Assembly: GCA_038087875.1 (NCBI GenBank) | Contig: CM075979.1 | Location: 37,448,001-37,512,000, forward strand | Direction: 5' to 3' | DNA length: 64,000 nucleotides | Source of the DNA: Malacoraja senta | Taxonomy: Eukaryota | Shown: in pieces, positions 10,479-22,341 of the stretch | Layout of the letters: every line of letters begins with the position of its first letter | How positions within the stretch are numbered: the stretch's first letter is position 1 | Position numbers and translations under genes: made by a program | Notes under the pieces: generated by a model | What the model saw: only the letters and a program-made list of their open reading frames with translations | Database searches by the model: none | Told to the model about the DNA's origin: nothing

Positions 10479-13400
10479 TGTAGATGAGATATGCATGTGC
10501 CTTTAACATAGTGACCTCACACCCACTAACCACTCCCCATATCACAAGTATAACTACAACCTCCACACCCACAGATCGCTCTCTAGTTCCTGTGACAGAC
10601 CACGTACAGCTAGTGCAATGTATAATGTCCAGTATGAATAAAGATAGTAAAGTAACGATGTCTCGTTATCAATCCTTTACATGGTGTCAAATAACGTACC
10701 TTGCGCCTCCCGTTTATCGGTTTATCATTTAATTTTGACCCAGTTTTTTGTTTCCCCCCCTAACTGTTTTTGTTATGGCCTCTTCTGCCCGTAAGCCCGA
10801 TGCGCTCGTTTTTGATTTCGACATCGCCCTTCGATGGGACATATTCAAACGCGACTTTGAACACTATTTCACGATTGCCCATCCTGGCGCCACCGACGCT
10901 CTCAAAGCCTCGCTGCTTCTCAACTTGGCTGGTCCCAACGCCTTGACTCGCTCGGACTTCTTCGTCTACGCTCCTGGAGAATCAGCTCGGGACCCGGCAT
11001 GTCTGTTGGCTAAGTTTGACGCTATTTGTGACATTCCTACTAATTGCATTTTAGAACGTTTTAAACTGTTCGCGCGGCGTCAGCTCCCTGGGGAATCGGC
11101 TGAGAACTATGTCATTGCGCTGCGGGACCTGGGCAGGCGCTGCCGCCTCGAGACGTGGACCCCCGATAATGTCATCAGGGACCTACTGGTTTACGGTCTC
11201 CGTGATGAGAAGCTCAGGTCCGAACTACTTCGCAAGCCGGATCTGACCTTGGCCGATGCAATGCACGCTACTCGCTTAGCCGACGCTGTTTCCGCGGCGG
11301 CACCGCCGGCTGAACAGGCGATCAACTTTGCCAGCACTCCTAGCTATCCCATGAACGCACCCCAGTCGCGACCCCCGGTGTCGCTCGCTGCTCGAGGGGG
11401 ACGCGCCCCGGGGTTCGGTGGTGCCACAAGGGGAGACACCCAGCAAAGGTGCCCTAATTGCAACTTCACATCTCATCAGTTCAATGTGTGCCCTGCGCTG
11501 GGAAAGTACTGCAACTCCTGTAATAAGTTGAACCATTTTGCTGCAGCCTGTCGTTCCCGTGGGAAGCCTGTCGCTGCTCGAAGGCAAAATTTAAACAACC
11601 TTCTACAGTCGGATAATGATCTCAGCTCCCAGCACTATTCCGATGAACATTCTGTTCCTACATCCAACTCCTCTCAGGCAGAAACCAGCTTGTTTACCGT
11701 GGTGAACGCACCTGCTATGATAACGGATCCTTCTGTGCAAGTCACTGTGAACAACTCGACCTTCACGGCCAAAATCGACACTGGGGCGGTTACCAATGTT
11801 ATGTCAACATCTCTTTTCAACCAGATAAGGACTAATGAGAAGATATTTTCTCAGAGCTCAAACCTGCATGCCTACGGTGGGGAGATCCTTACTCCTGTGG
11901 GCAAGGCCACTCTACACTGTAAGATACTGAAGGCCACTCGGCCCCTCACCTTCTTTCTCCTCAATCGAAGTTGCGTTCCCCTGCTGGGGATCCAGGCATG
12001 CCAGGAAATGGGACTGGTGTCCTTCCACCGGGACATCCACCACGTGCGGGCTCTTATGGACCCGCTGGCCGAGTATCCTGACCGCTTTGATGATAAGCTA
12101 GGCAAACTACCCTGCAGCTACAAGATTGAAGTGGACCATAAGATCGTTCCTGTGGTCCATGCTCCTCACCGTATTTCCTTCGCCATGAGGGACAAAGTGG
12201 AGGCGACCCTACACAGTATGGTACAAATGGGCGTCCTAAAGGTGGTCGTCGAGCCCACCAGCTGGGTCTCTTCCATGGTTGTTGCTGCTAAAAAGGACAT
12301 GAGTGAGATACGCATCTGCATCAACCCCAGAGACCTCAACCTGGCCATTCGGCGCCCTCACTACCCTATGAGAACGGTGGAAGACGTCGTTGCACGGGTT
12401 GGTCCAGCAACGGTCTTTTCGGTCCTCGATGCCAAGAGTTCATTCTGGCAGATACCACTGGACGAGCGGTCGTCCATTTTGACAACCTTCGCCACCCCCT
12501 ACGGAAGGTTTCGGTTCCTCCGAATGCCCTTCGGAATCAACTCTGCCAGCGAGGTATTCCAGCGAACCATGGAACAGTTGTTTTCAGATCTGCCTTGCGC
12601 CATAATTGTTGACGACATCCTCGTTTACGGTAAGGATGTTGCCGAACACGATGTCAACCTCCGCCTGATCCTGGACCGGGCCAGGCAAATCAACTTGAAA
12701 CTGAACCCCAAGAAGTGCCGATTCCGCGTCTCGGAGGTCACCTATGTTGGACACGTATTCACCGCTGAGGGGCTGAAGCCTGACCCGCAGAAAACGACTG
12801 CCATCTCAGGGATGCCTCCTCCTACTAACGTGGCAGGCCTGCAACGCTTTCTCGGCTTGGTAAACTACCTGGGGAAGTTCATCCCCGACCTAAGCGAGCT
12901 CAGCGCTCCCCTGAGGGATCTGATCAAAAAGGACACTTCCTGGCTTTGGTTACCCAATCATCAGAAGGCATTTGACATTCTTAAGTCTAAACTTATCAGC
13001 ACACCCACGCTCATGTTCTTTGACCTGCGGCATCCCATTGTCCTCACCTGCGACGCCTCTCAATTCGGACTCGGTGCCGCCTGCCTCCAGGTCCATGACG
13101 GCCTGCAGATGCCTGTCTCATTCGCGTCCCGCACCATGACCGCCACCGAACAGCACTACGCGCAGATTGAGAAGGAGCTACTGGCCGTGCTGTTTGCCTG
13201 CTCCAAATTCCGGGACTACATCGTGGGCAACACTTTCACCGTTGAAACTGACCATCAACCACTTGTTACCATCCTCAACAAACCGATCCATGTGGCCTCA
13301 TCACGTCTGCAGCGCATGCTGCTGCAGCTCCAGCGTTTCACGTTCACGGTGGTTTATCGTAAGGGGAAGGACATGTTCGTAGCCGACACGTTGTCTCGCG

Positions 13401-14589
13401 CCCCGCTGACGTCCACTGCTCGCCACCAATACGAAACGTCCGAGTTACTAGTACTACGATTGAACTTCGTCCCCTCGCCACAGATGAAATCCCTGGTTGA
13501 ACACACTACCAACGACCCTGCCCTGCAACAGCTGTCTGCCGTCATCCGGCAGGGCTGGCCTGACCGTCGCTCGGCACTGCCGGCTGGAGCCGTGCCCTAC
13601 TTCCTGATTCGGGACGAGCTCGTATTGCACGACGGCGTGGTGGTGAAGGGTCACAAAGTGGTCGTGCCCGCGGCGCTGCACGACCACTATTTTCAGGTCG
13701 CACACCGCGGTCACACTGGGGCCGAAGCCACTTTGTCTCTCGCCAAGGCACAGTTCTATTGGCCGGATATGGCAAAGTACATCCGGGAGAGGGTCTCATC
13801 GTGTTCCACCTGCAACAGCCGCGCCCCCCATCAGCAGCGTCAGCCGCTTCTACAGCAGCCCGCGCCCGGACTGCCCTGGATGGCGCTCGCCACAGACATT
13901 TTCGAGTGGCGGGGCAAACATTTCCTGGTACTCGTTGACTTCTACTCCAGCTGGTTTGCGGTTGACCGGCTGCCTTCCGTGACCTCTTCGGCCGTCATCG
14001 ACAGGTTGGACCCTCACTTTAGCACTTTTGGCCCCCCGGCAAGCCTGCAGTCGGACAATGGCAGCCAGTTCACGAGCTCCGAGTTTAAAGCGTTTGCTTC
14101 CAGATGGAACTTTCGCCATTTCACAAGCAGCCCAGAGTACCCGCAAAGCAACGGTTTGGCCGAGCGCGCGGTCCGCAGTGCTAAGCACCTGTTGGAACAG
14201 TGTGGTGGCATTAACTCCGACTTCCACCTGGCCCTCCTCAGCCTTCGGAACATCTCTCGCGACCCTGCCATGGGTTCACCTGCTCAGCGGCTCCTGTCTC
14301 GCGCTACCAGGCTCCCACTCCCGGTGGCCCAGCGATCCCTCATACCCTCGGTCCTTCCACCTGCGGCGGTTCAGAAACGGATTGCCTTCAGGCAAGACAT
14401 CCAAAAGCGGTCCCATGACAGGTCCTGCCACCCGCTGCCGCCCCTCTCCCACAGATCGCTCTCTAGTTCCTGTCACCCACAGATCGCTCTCTAGTTCCTG
14501 TGACAGACCACGTACAGCTAGTGCAATGTATAATGTCCAGTATGAATAAAGATAGTAAAGTAACGATGTCTCGTTATCAATCCTTTACA
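10479..14589 (+). mobile_element. Ty3/Gypsy LTR retrotransposon (Mag-like) with partially deleted 3' LTR
   Basis: 5' LTR TG...CA at 10479-10681; PBS-like TGGTGTCA at 10682; 3' LTR remnant 14474-14589 identical to 10566-10681; ATATC TSD on both sides. Confidence 0.92.
10775..14494 (+). CDS. Gypsy gag-pol polyprotein (Zn knuckles, protease, RT, RNase H, integrase; C-terminus deleted)
   Basis: CPNC..HQFNVC and CNSC..NHFAAAC, KIDTGA, IIVDDIL, TCDAS/EKELLA/TDHQPL, HHCC, and DDE (ATDIF, SDNG, LAER). ATG at 10775 within ORF 10748-14494. Confidence 0.9.
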   Translation: MASSARKPDALVFDFDIALRWDIFKRDFEHYFTIAHPGATDALKASLLLNLAGPNALTRSDFFVYAPGESARDPACLLAKFDAICDIPTNCILERFKLFARRQLPGESAENYVIALRDLGRRCRLETWTPDNVIRDLLVYGLRDEKLRSELLRKPDLTLADAMHATRLADAVSAAAPPAEQAINFASTPSYPMNAPQSRPPVSLAARGGRAPGFGGATRGDTQQRCPNCNFTSHQFNVCPALGKYCNSCNKLNHFAAACRSRGKPVAARRQNLNNLLQSDNDLSSQHYSDEHSVPTSNSSQAETSLFTVVNAPAMITDPSVQVTVNNSTFTAKIDTGAVTNVMSTSLFNQIRTNEKIFSQSSNLHAYGGEILTPVGKATLHCKILKATRPLTFFLLNRSCVPLLGIQACQEMGLVSFHRDIHHVRALMDPLAEYPDRFDDKLGKLPCSYKIEVDHKIVPVVHAPHRISFAMRDKVEATLHSMVQMGVLKVVVEPTSWVSSMVVAAKKDMSEIRICINPRDLNLAIRRPHYPMRTVEDVVARVGPATVFSVLDAKSSFWQIPLDERSSILTTFATPYGRFRFLRMPFGINSASEVFQRTMEQLFSDLPCAIIVDDILVYGKDVAEHDVNLRLILDRARQINLKLNPKKCRFRVSEVTYVGHVFTAEGLKPDPQKTTAISGMPPPTNVAGLQRFLGLVNYLGKFIPDLSELSAPLRDLIKKDTSWLWLPNHQKAFDILKSKLISTPTLMFFDLRHPIVLTCDASQFGLGAACLQVHDGLQMPVSFASRTMTATEQHYAQIEKELLAVLFACSKFRDYIVGNTFTVETDHQPLVTILNKPIHVASSRLQRMLLQLQRFTFTVVYRKGKDMFVADTLSRAPLTSTARHQYETSELLVLRLNFVPSPQMKSLVEHTTNDPALQQLSAVIRQGWPDRRSALPAGAVPYFLIRDELVLHDGVVVKGHKVVVPAALHDHYFQVAHRGHTGAEATLSLAKAQFYWPDMAKYIRERVSSCSTCNSRAPHQQRQPLLQQPAPGLPWMALATDIFEWRGKHFLVLVDFYSSWFAVDRLPSVTSSAVIDRLDPHFSTFGPPASLQSDNGSQFTSSEFKAFASRWNFRHFTSSPEYPQSNGLAERAVRSAKHLLEQCGGINSDFHLALLSLRNISRDPAMGSPAQRLLSRATRLPLPVAQRSLIPSVLPPAAVQKRIAFRQDIQKRSHDRSCHPLPPLSHRSLSSSCHPQIAL

Positions 14590-14767
14590 ATATCCAAGTG
14601 ATTCATAATATCCAAGAACTTTACCACTTCTCCGGACATTTCTTCTGATTTCTTGCTCGTACTTTCATTACAGACATGATTGTATTGCTTGACCAGTAGA
14701 TCCTCTACGTTTACTGTAGATATTTGATTCTTCACAGTAGCCATTCTCATCCCTGCTTTCGTTGTTA

Positions 14768-16603
14768 GGTATGTGAAGAGGAAAAAATTCGTTAAGACCA
14801 AAGTTGGACCCTTGAAGACTGAAAAAGGTGAATTTATTATGGGGAACAAGGAAATGGCAGATGAGTTGAACAGGTACTTTGGATCCGTCTTCACTAACGA
14901 GAACACAAACAATCTTCCTGATGTACTAGTGGCCAGAGGATGTCGGGAGACGGAGGAACTGAAGGAAATCCACATTAGGCAGGAAATGGTGTTGGTTAGA
15001 CTGATGGGACTGAAGTCTGATAAATCCCCAGGGCCTGATGGTTTGCATCCCAGGGTACTTAAGGAAGTGGCTCAAGAAATCGTGGATGCATTGGTGTTCA
15101 TTTTCCGATGTTCTATAGATTCAGGATCAGTTCCTGTGGATTGGAGGGTAGCTAATGTTATCCCACTTTTGAAGAAAGACGGGAGAGAGAAAACAGGGAA
15201 TTATAGACCAGTTAGCCTGACATCGGTGGTGGGGAAGATGCTGGTCAATCATAAAAGATGAAATGTCGACACATTTGGATATCAGTAACAGGATCGGTCC
15301 GAGTCAGCATGGATTTACGAAGGGGAAATCATGCTTGACTAATCTTCTGGAGTTTTTTGAGGATGTAACTAGGAAAATGGACAAGGGAGAGCCAGTGGAT
15401 GTAGTGTACCTGGTCTTTCAGAAAGCATTTGATAAAGTCCCACATAGGAGATTAGTGGGCAAAATTAGGGCACATGGTATTGGGGGTACAGTGCTGACAT
15501 GGATAGAAAATTGGTTGGCAGACAGGAAACAAAGAGTTGGGATTAACGGGTCCCTTATAGAATGGCAGGCAGTGACTAGTGGGGTACCGCAAGGCTCGGT
15601 GCTGGGACCGCAACTATTTACAATATACATCAATGATTTAGATGAGGGGATTCAAAGTAACATTAGCAAATTTGCAGATGACACAAAACTGGGTGGCAGT
15701 GTGAACTGTGAGGAGGATGCTATGAGAATGCAGGGTGACTTGGACAGGTTGGGTGAGTGGGCAGATGCATGACAGATGCAGTTTAATGTGGATAAATGTG
15801 AGGTCATCCACTTTGTTAGCAAAAAAAGGAAGGCAGATTATTATGTAAATGGTATCAAGTTGGGAAAAGGGGAAGTACAATGGGATCTGGAGGTCCTTGT
15901 TCATCAGTCAATGAAAGCAAGCATGCAGGTACAGCAGGCAGTGAAGAAAGCAAATGGCATGATGGCCTTCATAATAAGAGGAGTTGAGTATAGGAGCAAA
16001 GAGGTCCTTCTGCAGTTGTACTAGGCCCTAGTGAGACCACACCTGGAGTATTGTGTGCAGTTTTGGTCCCCTAATTTGAGGAAGGACATTCTTGCTATTG
16101 AGGGAGTGCAGCATAGGTTCACAAGTTCAATTCCCAGATGGCAGGACTGTCATATTCTGAGAGCATGGAGTGGCTGGGCTTGTGTACTCTGGAATTTAGA
16201 AGAATGAGAGGGGATCTTATTGAAACATTTAAGATTATTAAGGGTTTGGACACGCTAGAGGCAGGAAACATGTTCCCGATTTTGGGCGAGTCCAGAAACA
16301 GGGGCCACAGTTTAAGAATAAGGGGTAGGCATTGAGAACGGAGATGAGGAAACACTTTTTCACACAGAGAGTTGTGAGTCTGTGGAATTCTCTGCCTCAA
16401 AAGGCGGTGGAGGCTGGTTCTCTGGATACTTTTGAGAGCGAACTTGATAGGGTTCTTAAAGGTAGCAGAGTCAGGGGATATGGTGAGAAGGCTGGAACGG
16501 GGTACTGATCGTGGATGATCAGCCATGATCACATTGAATGGCGGTGATGGCTCGAAGGGCCGAATGGCCTACTCCTGCACCTATTGTCTATTGTCTATTG
16601 TCT
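14768..16603 (+). mobile_element. 5'-truncated CR1 LINE
   Basis: KSPGPDG, GNYRPVSLTS, GVPQGSVLGP, KFADD; 3' (CTATTGT)n tail. Confidence 0.95.
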
Positions 16604-17289
16604 CTACGCAGGGGACCATAGATGACCCATCCAAGTAGGGTCTTCACGGCAAAAGGTGCGTTCCCTTGGCTGTTGATCAACTCCCTTGGTTCCAATACCT
16701 TCGAAGCATTTGTTCCGATGAGTAGGTTCATACCAGAGTCTGTTCTAGGAATCTTGATATCCTTCTTGTAAGGCCATTGTATCAGGTCTTACTGCTTGGG
16801 AATGTTCAGATGAGAAACAGGCATGGTCTTATATGTAAACACATCAGATAGGTGTATAAAATCATCTTACTCCAGACTAGATATTTCTAAATCTGAGATA
16901 CGATTACTAGATGCAGACTTCTCTTCATTTATGGTACGCAAGAGAATCTTTTGTCCTGTAATGTTCAGTCTTTCCATCAAGCTTTCTGTACAAAATGTAT
17001 TCGAACTTCCATGATCCAAAAATTGGTATGTTTGCAAAACTGTGTCAACCGTGAGGCTCGTTACCTGTACTGGTAAGATGCAGAAAATACAGGTTTCTTC
17101 ACCGGCCCCAATATATGCACTCATGTGAGGCGAGGTAACAGCATCACTCGCAGTTGGCTTCTCCTTCTGGTCTGTATGCTCCGGCTTCTTCTCTGTATTC
17201 TTCTGTTCAGTGTGAAGTAATTCAGGATGATCTTGTTTGCACACATCACAAGTCATAAGACTCTTGCAGGCTTTGACCCGTGTGCGGAC

Positions 17290-17570
17290 GTGGCGTCGAA
17301 GGACGAGATGCCGAAGCGAAGATGTGCAAGCCAAATAACCGAACGGAAACGACACCGAAAAGCCAAATAACCAAAAGCGTATGATGCCGAAAAGCCAAAT
17401 AACGGAATTAATGCAATGCCGAAAAGTCAAGTAACTGAAAGGGCGGGACGCCTAAAATCCAAATAACCGAAAGCGCACATCGCCGAAAAGCTAACTAACT
17501 GAAAGGGCGCAACGCCGAAAAGCCAAGTAACCGAACGGACGCAACGCCGAAAAGCCAAATAACGGACATG
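17290..17570. repeat. Degenerate ~30-35-bp tandem repeat (gccgaaaagccaaataaccgaa), ~8-9 copies; probable transposon subterminal array
   Basis: Repeated CCGAAAAGCCAA(A/G)TAAC motif. Confidence 0.7.
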
Positions 17571-18210
17571 ACATCGCCGGGGGGCAGGACTTGTCAGCAA
17601 TTGGTCCAGACCCCCGCGTCTATCACTTCACTGGCCGGGAGAGACGGGAGGGTGGGGGTAATTTTCCCACACAAGACTGCCCGGGGCTGGAGGGTGACGG
17701 GGCATTCTGAACCCGAGCACCTAGGTGTAAGCGGCCAAAGGAGTGCATCCCTCTGGACATCTACCACTCTCCCCCCGGGGTCAGCGCTGTCCCGCCACCG
17801 CTGCCCTCCACCTCGTCTCCCCTGTGCGGCCACACTGTGACGGGCTGTGGGCCGGCATTGCACGCACACACAGGGCCAGGTGGAGCGGAGCCACGGCTCC
17901 GGGCAGCGGACACATGGGGACGAAAACCCCGCAACGTCCCAGTCAGCTGCAGCAGAGTTGGGGACAGTCTGGTCCCTCCGCCCACCCAGAGTCACTGACC
18001 ATGATGCACCGCCACCCGCACCGGAACCCCACACCAGGGTAATTCACCCCTCCGACCCCTGACCCACACACGGGGTGATTCACCTCCACCCCCACCCCGA
18101 CCCACACATGGGGAGATTCACCCCCCGACACCCACACCAGGTGATTCACCACCACCCCACCCCCCCCTGGCCGCGGGGACAGACGGCTTAGGGCACTGGC
18201 AGCCATAGTA
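17570..18210. repeat. GC-rich interspersed repeat core shared with 47110-47720
   Basis: Shared blocks GCAGCAGAGTTGGGGACAGTCTGGTCCCTCCGCCCACCCAGAGTCACTGACC, GGTGTAAGCGGCC and CTGGCAGCCATAGTAA. Confidence 0.8.
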
Positions 18211-18254
18211 AATTCCCTGGAGGGCTGATGACAAGTGTGCATGACAACGAACAA

Positions 18255-19825
18255 TTTTACTTCGGAGTCACGTGAGTGACTACGTGAAGAACCCCGCCAG
18301 TGTGCCTGCGCGTCATTACGTCAGACGCATTGGCGCAAACGGACGCGAGGAGCTCTAGTGGAATTGTAGTTTTTAACTACAAGGTAAGTATAAAACTTTT
18401 TGGAAGTATTTCTGTGTCCGTTTGCTGTGGGTCTGTTGGGTTTTTCCACAGGCATCATGGAAAAAATGGGGAAGTGGAGGAGGCGAGCGGCACAGCCGGT
18501 ATAAAGTCGCAATATTGCGGTCGGCGACCAGCCGCCTCTGACCACGGTACAGTCGACAGCATAGCGACTGTGGATATTGGGGCTGAAGGGAATTTAGTCA
18601 GCACCAGTGGGGCAAAGCCGATAAAAATCTGCGGGAATGCGGTCGGTAAAGGACTGCCTCATACCCTACAAACAGTCGCCGGCTGGGAGCAGGGAGAACT
18701 GTGGACTTGTGCATTAAAGAACGGAGCCAGCGTCAGTTGGGTGCTAGGCACCATACAAGTCAGGGTCATGGAGCAAGAGTCAGTTTAGGATTCACCTCCA
18801 AGGCTGGATACCACTTTCTGAAGTGGATATTCCAAATGGAGAACCTGTACACAGGTTGCTCCAACGAAACATACTCCAGGAGGAGTGATGTCAGAACCAG
18901 GCTCCAGAAGCCAGGTCAGCAGCACCTAGTATAGGGCTGCTTGATAGCACCCTCATTGATGAGGCGCTTGCACAGGGTCAGCAGAGTTCCAAAATAAGCG
19001 AAGACGGCAGCTGCCAGATGGGCTATTCCTGGCAGTACGATTTGCTGCTCTGTGAGAGTTCTGACCCTGAGTCTGACGGTGAGGCCGATACAAGCGAAGA
19101 CGGCAGCTGCCAGATGTTTTATTCCTGGTAGTACGATTCGCTGCCCCGTCAGAGTCAAGAGAGCCACTGGAAATGACGTGGTCTCTGTGATCAACTATTG
19201 TGTCTACCATCAGCTCTAGTAGTTTACGATGGATGAAAATGCCAAAAAAGCACGAGATCCCAAGGAACTGCGTATTGCTGAAAGTACTAGCAGTGAACCA
19301 AGTTAAGGGGTCAGATGGGCGAAGGCATGTAAGCCTAAGGAAAGTAAACTGCAGAGAATATTGAAGCTGCTCGGTTGATGAACAACGGCAATTTGCAAAA
19401 CAATGGATGGAGGCCATGGTTGGAGATGCATCAAGTGGCACTAAGGTTGCTATGTAGCGCCCACTTCAAGATGAATTGTTTCAGGAAGTATACCATTCGG
19501 TTCAACATCAACCCAAAGTTGCAGCAACTCTGTAAAGCCCAGCAATGTGCAGTCATTCAACTTATTCTTCATGAATCGTGGGAAAGAGTTGGATAATGAG
19601 GCAAAAACAGCAAAGTTGATCACAACATCAATGGTCGTCAAGTCTGCAAAGAGGACGTATCCTTTCAGACATCATACAAAATCCTGGATCGACATCAGGA
19701 GCAAATCGACCATTGAAGCAGGTACTCAGTTGATGTCCTGCAGCAGGAAAACGAAAAAGCGTGGGTTTTGCCTGCCAGGAGCCAGGGACCACAGGTCACT
19801 CAGATGACAAAGGAGGTAGGTGGAC
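18255..19825 (+). mobile_element. Probable DIRS-type (tyrosine recombinase) retrotransposon 5' end with decayed gag, running into the gap
   Basis: Terminus TTTTACTTCGGAGTCACGTGAGTGACTACGTGAAGA; broken gag-like motifs PRNCVLLKVLAVN, SKLQRILKLL, FRKYTIRFNINPK and KELDNEAK (recognised from memory of DIRS gag); 96-bp-period duplication at 18996-19156. Confidence 0.6.
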
Positions 19826-20025
19826 NNNNNNNNNNNNNNNNNNNNNNNNNNNNNNNNNNNNNNNNNNNNNNNNNNNNNNNNNNNNNNNNNNNNNNNNNNN
19901 NNNNNNNNNNNNNNNNNNNNNNNNNNNNNNNNNNNNNNNNNNNNNNNNNNNNNNNNNNNNNNNNNNNNNNNNNNNNNNNNNNNNNNNNNNNNNNNNNNNN
20001 NNNNNNNNNNNNNNNNNNNNNNNNN
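19826..20025. other. Assembly gap (200 N)
   Basis: Run of n. Confidence 1.
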
Positions 20026-20169
20026 TATGTATCACTAATATTAATAATTTTCATCTCAATTACCTTTACACTTTCTTCACTGCCACAGCATTTCAGCTGC
20101 TCATCCGTTTCCATGTCTCTTTTACACATTCGTCTAATGCAATTTTGTGATTAATTTCCCACTTTGTTC

Positions 20170-20981
20170 TGTAAATACGCTCATCTAAAACTTACACCCC
20201 CCCCCCCCCAGTCTAGTTCAGTCAAGAAGCACAGAGTCAAGCACTGGAACAACTTAACTTTATTTTTAGATTGAACAGCAAATTCCCCAATACAATACCT
20301 AAACCACCGTGGGTTCGATCCTTGTATCTGCCTGGCCAAGCCCTTCACTCTCGTGCAAGCGGAAACACTCCAAAAGGTCACGCAGCACAAGCGCTCCTCC
20401 AGAAGATCGATACCGATCTAAGATGGCGCCAACTTTTATAGGTCCATGAACCTTGAGGGGCTGAACTACATAGGGGTGGTCTCTTTAAAATCCAATCAAA
20501 CATATTAATTACATCAATACATTATTGACAGTTCCACAACCCAATAACAGAGTCTCCCATACATTGTTTCTAGGAGAAGCTTCTAGAAGGAAGCTAGCTT
20601 AACTGAATAATGCAACATTTACCCTGGAATTCAAACAGACCTTCCAGAGCTTAACACTTCTGACCAATCAAGAAATAACAGGGTAACTGTCTCGCAACAT
20701 TATTTACATGACTTACAATTCGGTTGCAATAATCCAATCAACCACATGCATTTATAATTCTTTGGAGGTCCTCTGCAGAAATCACATTCATTCTGTCAAT
20801 TGAAGAAATACTCATACATTTCTTATCTGTAACATTGATTGGGACCTAGACTTACTGGCACCATTCAGCAGCTTGTCTTTTTACATACTGAAACACAGAC
20901 TTGACCAAAATGGCCTCGCAATGCATGAATCCTTTACTAAATTTTGGTTCTATTCCTGCTCCTTTTTGGCCAGGATTTACA
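20170..20981 (-). mobile_element. ERV solo LTR, a related subfamily of the LTRs at 30858-40578
   Basis: Minus strand TGTAAATCCTGGC...TATAAAA...TCGATCTTCTGGA...AATAAA...ACTAGACTGGGG...TTACA; GTTC TSD at 20166-20169 and 20982-20985. Confidence 0.85.
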
Positions 20982-22341
20982 GTTCCTATTATCAACTTGA
21001 ACTGATCCAAACTCCATTGCACTAATGCTTACTTCCATTGTCTGCAGACCTGGTTCCTATCTGATTACTGACCCTCAAGATTTCCGCTGTAAAAAATTTT
21101 CCAAAGAATATCATCCTCTTTGTATTCCGGCTCTTTACATAAAAGCCAATCTTTCATTTACTTTCTCTGATTTTTATAACTTTACATAGATTGTTTCAAT
21201 TTCTATTTAGTTTGTGACAAACCTGACATTTGCTAGGTGTCAGTTCTTATTTACAGATAAATCAGTTCATGTTTAAAGTGAAATAAAGTAATTGCATAAC
21301 ATCCAGGGAACAAGTTTGTTCAAACTTCTTAATTTGCTGCCAGAGGAACACACAAATGAACTCTTTGGAAGGATGTTAATACCAGCCCTGATCACGGTCT
21401 CTCACTGATCAATGCCATGGTACATCATACAACTCTCCCCCACCCACTCCCAGAAAATGTTTCAATAGTTAGTCAAGACAGGCAGCATGAAAGGGCATTT
21501 TCTTGTACTGTGCCGGCATCCGGCATAGCTTTCGGATTATATGATTGAGGAGATTCAATTTGTGAGATTTGTAGCTGCAGTTCAGATTATTGCACCTTTT
21601 GTTTGGATACCATTGACAGTTTATAGTACCGCAAGAGTTCTGCATTTCAAAATAGTTCCCAATTTCTTCAGAGCCACTGTAAATCAAGGAGTGCCATTGC
21701 TCCAGCATAAGGGAATTTCACATGTACATCATAGTTTTTCGGACCTATCAAATGTTTATGAGTTCGTATCCGGCATGTAAACTGGCCAGAGAGTTTCATA
21801 TTTTTGGTATCAGTAAACTGCATTTCTTGAAGTGGTCTAGCATTGTTATTCTCCGAATGTTCTTGATTTTGTTTCGAGATAGTTGGCTGTTCTTCCTCAT
21901 GTGTGGTTTGAGCACATCGAGGTCAAGTTCGAGGTCCGCCAGATTGTCGCGGATTCCACTCGGTATTTCTACTCGGTGGTTGGCGGGCTCAGCCAGGATA
22001 CCGCCACCCGTTTGCTCCCTTACCTGCAGAATCCGCCCACCATCAATAAATACGAGGGTCTCAAGGCGCTGCTGCTGCGCACCTTCGGGCTCTGCCACCG
22101 CAATTGCAAGGCCCGGCTCTTACACATGGACGGCCTCGGCGATCGTAAGCCGTTGGTGTTAATGAGCGAGATGCTGTCGCTCATGGATCCACCGGCCTTG
22201 TCTTCTGTTCGAGCAGGCTTTACTGGAGCAGATGCCCGACGACATCCGCCTGCTCCTCGTTGGTTGCGACTTTGCCGATCACCTGCAGCTTGCCGAACGG
22301 GCGGACGAGCTGTGGCTCGCCAAGCAGCAGGAAGGTGTTTC

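Larger units (their letters stand above)
5545..17275 (-). mobile_element. Decayed BEL/Pao LTR retrotransposon gag-pol, split by four nested insertions; no LTRs found
   Basis: Zn knuckle CKSLMTCDVCKQDH, protease FLDHGSSNTF, AVKTLLGWV, RT VFDCGA and FYVDD, LRVGGRL, integrase [24 protein letters not shown] and LTPNHLL. Segments: 5545-7413, 8806-9547, 9848-10478, 14590-14767, 16604-17275. Confidence 0.9.

Noticed and set aside
19761-20154. ORFs spanning X residues
   Set aside because: Artefacts of the N gap
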